Below, in pieces: positions 59,543-64,000 of a stretch of DNA of 64,000 bases. The translations under genes were made by a program, and so were the position numbers. The notes beneath the pieces are model-generated. The model saw only the letters and a list, made by a program, of their open reading frames with translations. It searched no databases and had not been told where the DNA came from. Position 1 is the first letter of the stretch. Every line of letters begins with the position of its first letter. The stretch is from NCBI RefSeq assembly GCF_009914755.1, contig NC_060943.1; one strand, 5' to 3'. The stretch is from the human T2T-CHM13v2.0 reference genome, Homo sapiens.

Positions 59543-60120
59543 TGAGCCTGGTCCTGAATCCTGGCCTCAAGCAATTCTCTCACTTCAGCACCCCAAAGCA
59601 CTGGGATTATAGGTGTGAGCCACTGTGCCCAGCCAGGGTTTTTATTTTTATTTTTTGCAGAAATAGAGGGGGGTCTCTGTTGCCCAGGCTGGTCTCAAAC
59701 TCCCGGCCTCAAGCGATCTTCCCATGTCGGCCTCTGAAAGTGCTGGGATTACAGGCGTGAGCCACTGCTCCCAGATTAGCCAGACTTCTCTCTTCTCCTC
59801 GGTCACGGGGATCAGGAAGCAGAGAACCAAGGTTCTGCCACCAACTTGTAGAAGGGCCATGGGTCACCCATGCCCCTCCCAGTGTTTCCATGGTTGCCAG
59901 GGAAGCCAGTGAAGGGCAGAGTCTTTGGGGAGGAGGAAGCTGGGTCAGAGAGGAGATGAGGGTGTGAGAGGGTGAGCAGGTAGCGCCCTCACCGTGCTGG
60001 GCACAAGACAAGGACTTCAGAGCTGATTATTTTGGTTTTGGGGTTTTTTGTTTGTTTTTGTTTTTGTTTTGTTTTTGAGGCGGAGTCTCACTCTGTCGCC
60101 CAGGCTGGACTGCTCACTGA

Positions 60121-60534
<414 letters not shown>

Positions 60535-60947
60535 TGACCAGCGGCACCGTGGAAACCCACCGGGATCTCTGCCACCCACAGGAGGCTGGGGCATCTCTCA
60601 CCCCCTCTGTGCCTCAGTTTCCTAATCTGTCACACAGGGAGGCTGGACCCAAACCAATTGATTGTTGTCATGGGTGGAGCCGGAACCCGCTATGGCTCCC
60701 TCCTGCCCTCGGGATAAAATGCAGCCTCTGCCGTGCGGCCTCCTCACTCCCTCCCTCTCACCTTTTCAAGGTCCTGGAACCATCTCTGCACCTGTATCCC
60801 CCACCCCACCTGTCACCTTCAGGGCACTAGCAACACTCAACTCATGTCACTTCCTCCAGGAAGCCCTCCCTGAATTCCCGAACAAAGCTCCTGGTGTGGG
60901 CACCTGCTTTCACTCTTGGGCGGTGTTGTCTTCATCGGTTCACTCAA

Positions 60948-61610
60948 TCAGGGTCTCAACTGGGGTAATTCTGTCCCCTCAGGGGACACTGGGCGGTGTC
61001 GGGGGACATCTGTAATTGTCATGACGGAGGGAAGTGGGACCTTCCCTGACTAATATTCCCTCACATCGGTCCATGCTCCTGGCATGGAGTGGGTGGAGGC
61101 CAGGGATGCTGCTCAGCACCCTGCAGTGCCCAGGACGGCCTCACCCCAGAGAACAGTCCAGTGTCAGTGTCCACAGTGCCCAGGGGGAGAGACCTGCTTT
61201 AATTATTTGGGAATAAACTGAGTGTCCTCCCTACTCACACCAGACACTGGAATAAACTCCAGATGGAGCAGACGGCATAAACCCGGGAGCCCCAGCTCCT
61301 GGGACTCATCTCCTCTCTCTCTTCCCACTCAGGTGTGGATTTCAATGTGTGCAGCCTCCTGGGACCTCCGCAGGGCAGAGGATCATGGGATGCAGAATCT
61401 CTTGGGGTCTGTGGAATCTTCTATCCCAGAGGGTCTCAACCAAGGTGTTTCTGTCCCAGGGGACGCTGGGTGATGTCTGGGGATATTTGTGGTTGTCATG
61501 ACTGGGGGTGCTCCTGGCATGGAGTTGGTGGAGGCCAGGGACACTGTCAGCACCCTGCAGTGCCCAGGATGACCCACCCCAGAGAACGATCCACCTCACA
61601 TGTTAAATGG
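60948..61610 (+). mobile_element. Two tandem MER20 copies separated by the duplicated unique spacer
   Basis: CAGGGTCTCAAC start at ~60949 and GGGTCTCAAC at ~61431, each followed by the MER20 core. Confidence 0.85.
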
Positions 61611-62389
61611 CGGTAAGGGGGTGAACCCACCCCCTGCATGGCTCCAGGGGCACCCAGAGTGGGGCCCCAGCCCTGTGGCCGCCTCTCCTCCCACTTCCTC
61701 CGGGCGCCTGTCCTCTGCACCTGCATCCTCTGGCCCTGGCTCCCTTCAGAGCTGGTCACAGCTGGCAGCCCGCGTGCTGTAAACACCCACCCAGGCGTGC
61801 CAGCCAGACCTGGCTTTCTGTCACTCCCGGCTGATTCTGAATTCCCAGTCTCACATGGGCCAGAGGGTGACTGGCTCGAGACTTGCCTCTCATTACGAGC
61901 AAAGCTCTGATTCAGCCGGAATATTAGTCAGGGTACAGCATGTCACATTCCAGGAGGCTGATCAGCTCCGACCTCAACACCGGCAGCTGACTCAGCCCGG
62001 GGAGTTGCATGTGCTGACTACTCCTTCTGAGCCTCACAGTTATGTTCTCGAGATTTCACTCAGTGTCCTATGGTGTCACTGGTCCTGGTCGCAGACACAG
62101 ACTCACCTGTGTGCAGGAGGTCAGGTGAGGATCGGTCCCAGCACCTTCATTCTTTGTTTCTTTCACTCACTCAGTAAACATCTGGTGAAGACTTGGACCA
62201 GATCCCTGATCTTAATGAAGGAGGTGACGGTCCGGCCCAGGTGACAGGCACAGTTAATGTGATGATCACAACACAGTTGCCATGTGACCCTGGGCACGTC
62301 AGCCCCTCTCAGCTACTGTTTTCTCCTATGTGAAGTGGAGATCATTATCTCAATCTCAACATGGCAAACAACACGGCAAGTGTATGAGT

Positions 62390-62771
62390 CAGCTACTGCT
62401 GAGTAACAACAGCGGCAACAAAGACACCATTTGCCATCTCACAACTTCTGTGTGTCAAGAGTCTGGCTTAACTGGGTCCCCCGCTCAGAGTCTTATAAGC
62501 CTAAAATCAAGGTATGGGCTGGGCCGAGTTGTCATCTGGAATTTGGGGTCCTCTTCTGAGCTAGTTTGGTTATCGGCAGAATTCATTTCCTTGCAGCTCT
62601 AGGAATGAGGTCCCTGTTTACCTACTGGCTGTTGGATGTGAGTGCTCTGAGCCCCTAGAGGCTACTCTCAGGTGTCTGCCACATGGACCCTCCACAGGCA
62701 GCTCACGACATAGCTGTTTGCTTTCTTTAAGGCAAGAAACCCCTTCCCTTTCTCTCTTTCTTTCAACTGTG

Positions 62772-62802
<31 letters not shown>

Positions 62803-63285
62803 ACATAAGACGGATCATCTTAACCACGTTTATGTGTACGGTTCAGTGATGTTAAGTATACTCACACTGCTGTGCAATGGCTCTCCAGAACCTTCCATCT
62901 TGTAAAACTGAGACACTGTATCCACTGAACAACAGCTCCCCTCTTCCCTCCCCCAGCCCCTAGCACCCACCATTCTCCCTTCTGTCTCTCTGAATTTGAC
63001 ACCTCGGGATGTGCTTCTGGTCTCTTTTATGGGCTCACCTGATGAGGTCAGGCCCACCCAGGATGTCTCCTTTTTGATGAGCTCAGGTCAACTGACTAGG
63101 AATCTTCGTCGCATCTGCAAAATCCCTTTACCGAACACACGACCTAACTGCATTAACCTAACCACTGGAGTGACACCCCATCGTATTCGCAGGTCCAGCC
63201 CATCCTCAAGTGCAGGGGATTAGATAAGATGTGGGCACCAGGCGGTGGGGGTCTTGGGCGCCATCTTGGAATTCTGCCTAGGACT
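62390..63285 (-). mobile_element. MLT1E/F-type MaLR LTR interrupted by an L1M fragment (~62770-63010)
   Basis: GGCAGAATTCATTTCCTTGCAGCT..GAGGTCCCTG and the GCCATCTTGGAATTCTGCCTA end. Confidence 0.65.
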
Positions 63286-64000
63286 GTAGCTGTAAAAGAC
63301 ATGGTGGCCATTGCTGCTGTAGGTGCCATTAGTAGGAAACACACACAAAGTGGCCCCCAAGGAGCACGTACTATGCATCAGGCTCTGTGCAAGGCACAGA
63401 GAAAACAGCAAAGAACTTTGGGGAAAGTTGAAGACTTGAGGTGAACAACTGGATATCTTAGTAGGTCTCTCTGAAGGTTGAGCAAATGGATAGGGGATAT
63501 TGGGAGATGGGTTATGTCCCTTGGAAAGAACTCCAAATGTCCCTTTCAATAACTTTCCACTCTACCAGTCATCTCCTCCTTCCAGAAATTCTCAGGAGGC
63601 AGCGCTTGGTGGCTCTTCTGCAGATGCCAGGATGGTGACGGTGACAGCAGGCCACGCTCTTGTGTTTAGAATAGGAGGTCCCCAAGGACACAGAGTCACA
63701 GACGGGTCAGGTAAGTTGCCTGGGCGCCCACACGAATAGGAGGTGCTTCTGGATTTGAAACAAGTCTTCTAGTGCTAGGAGCCCCAGAACACACCTAGTG
63801 CCACCCCCTCCCCACGACAAAGCCCACCAGAAGGGCTGGCTGCCTAAAGAGGTAGTGGACAAGACCTCACAGACTCACAGACTAGTGGGAGAAGACAGAA
63901 GAGCGTAGCCCTGAACGCAGTGTGGGGGCACACGGTGATTGGAACCTGGCACCCACATCAACGGTCAAAGTCTAGATGGTTTTGTTTGGTTGTACTCCCG

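Noticed and set aside
63620-63720. Possible exon ending in a strong donor CAG|GTAAGT
   Set aside because: It lies in MIR-like sequence, which often mimics this motif, and there is no supporting exon chain.

Overview
Human (primate) non-coding genomic DNA. A Yb8-type diagnostic Alu insertion at ~1318-1331 points to human. The window is GC-rich and very repeat-dense: roughly 80-85 Alu elements or fragments by my manual count, old L1M/L2/MIR fragments, MaLR LTRs, at least 8 MER20 and 3 MER58A DNA-transposon copies, and several large simple-repeat tracts. I find no credible protein-coding exon, RNA gene or CRISPR-type system. All long ORFs are artefacts of Alus, simple repeats or GC-rich sequence. 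The composition resembles a large intron or intergenic stretch of distal 19p. GNG7 intron is a guess from memory, not verified. The real signals are: (1) repeated short-range templated insertions or duplications whose donor and recipient can be ordered from target-site duplications (17.5/20.3 kb, 30.0/32.2 kb, 49.5/51.8 kb, an inverted 57.65/58.2 kb pair, and an older 47.7/61.2 kb pair); (2) an 8-copy 46-47 bp CpG-rich VNTR carrying a STAT (GAS)/ETS composite motif beside an NF-kB-like site; (3) several CpG-rich unique islands with enhancer-like motif clusters, one with B-cell-type grammar (octamer, kB, MEF2, E-box); (4) a TSD-bounded AT-rich insert that looks like a retrocopied 3'UTR; (5) Alu gene-conversion footprints. 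Repeat family names come from recalled consensus sequences, and their boundaries are approximate.
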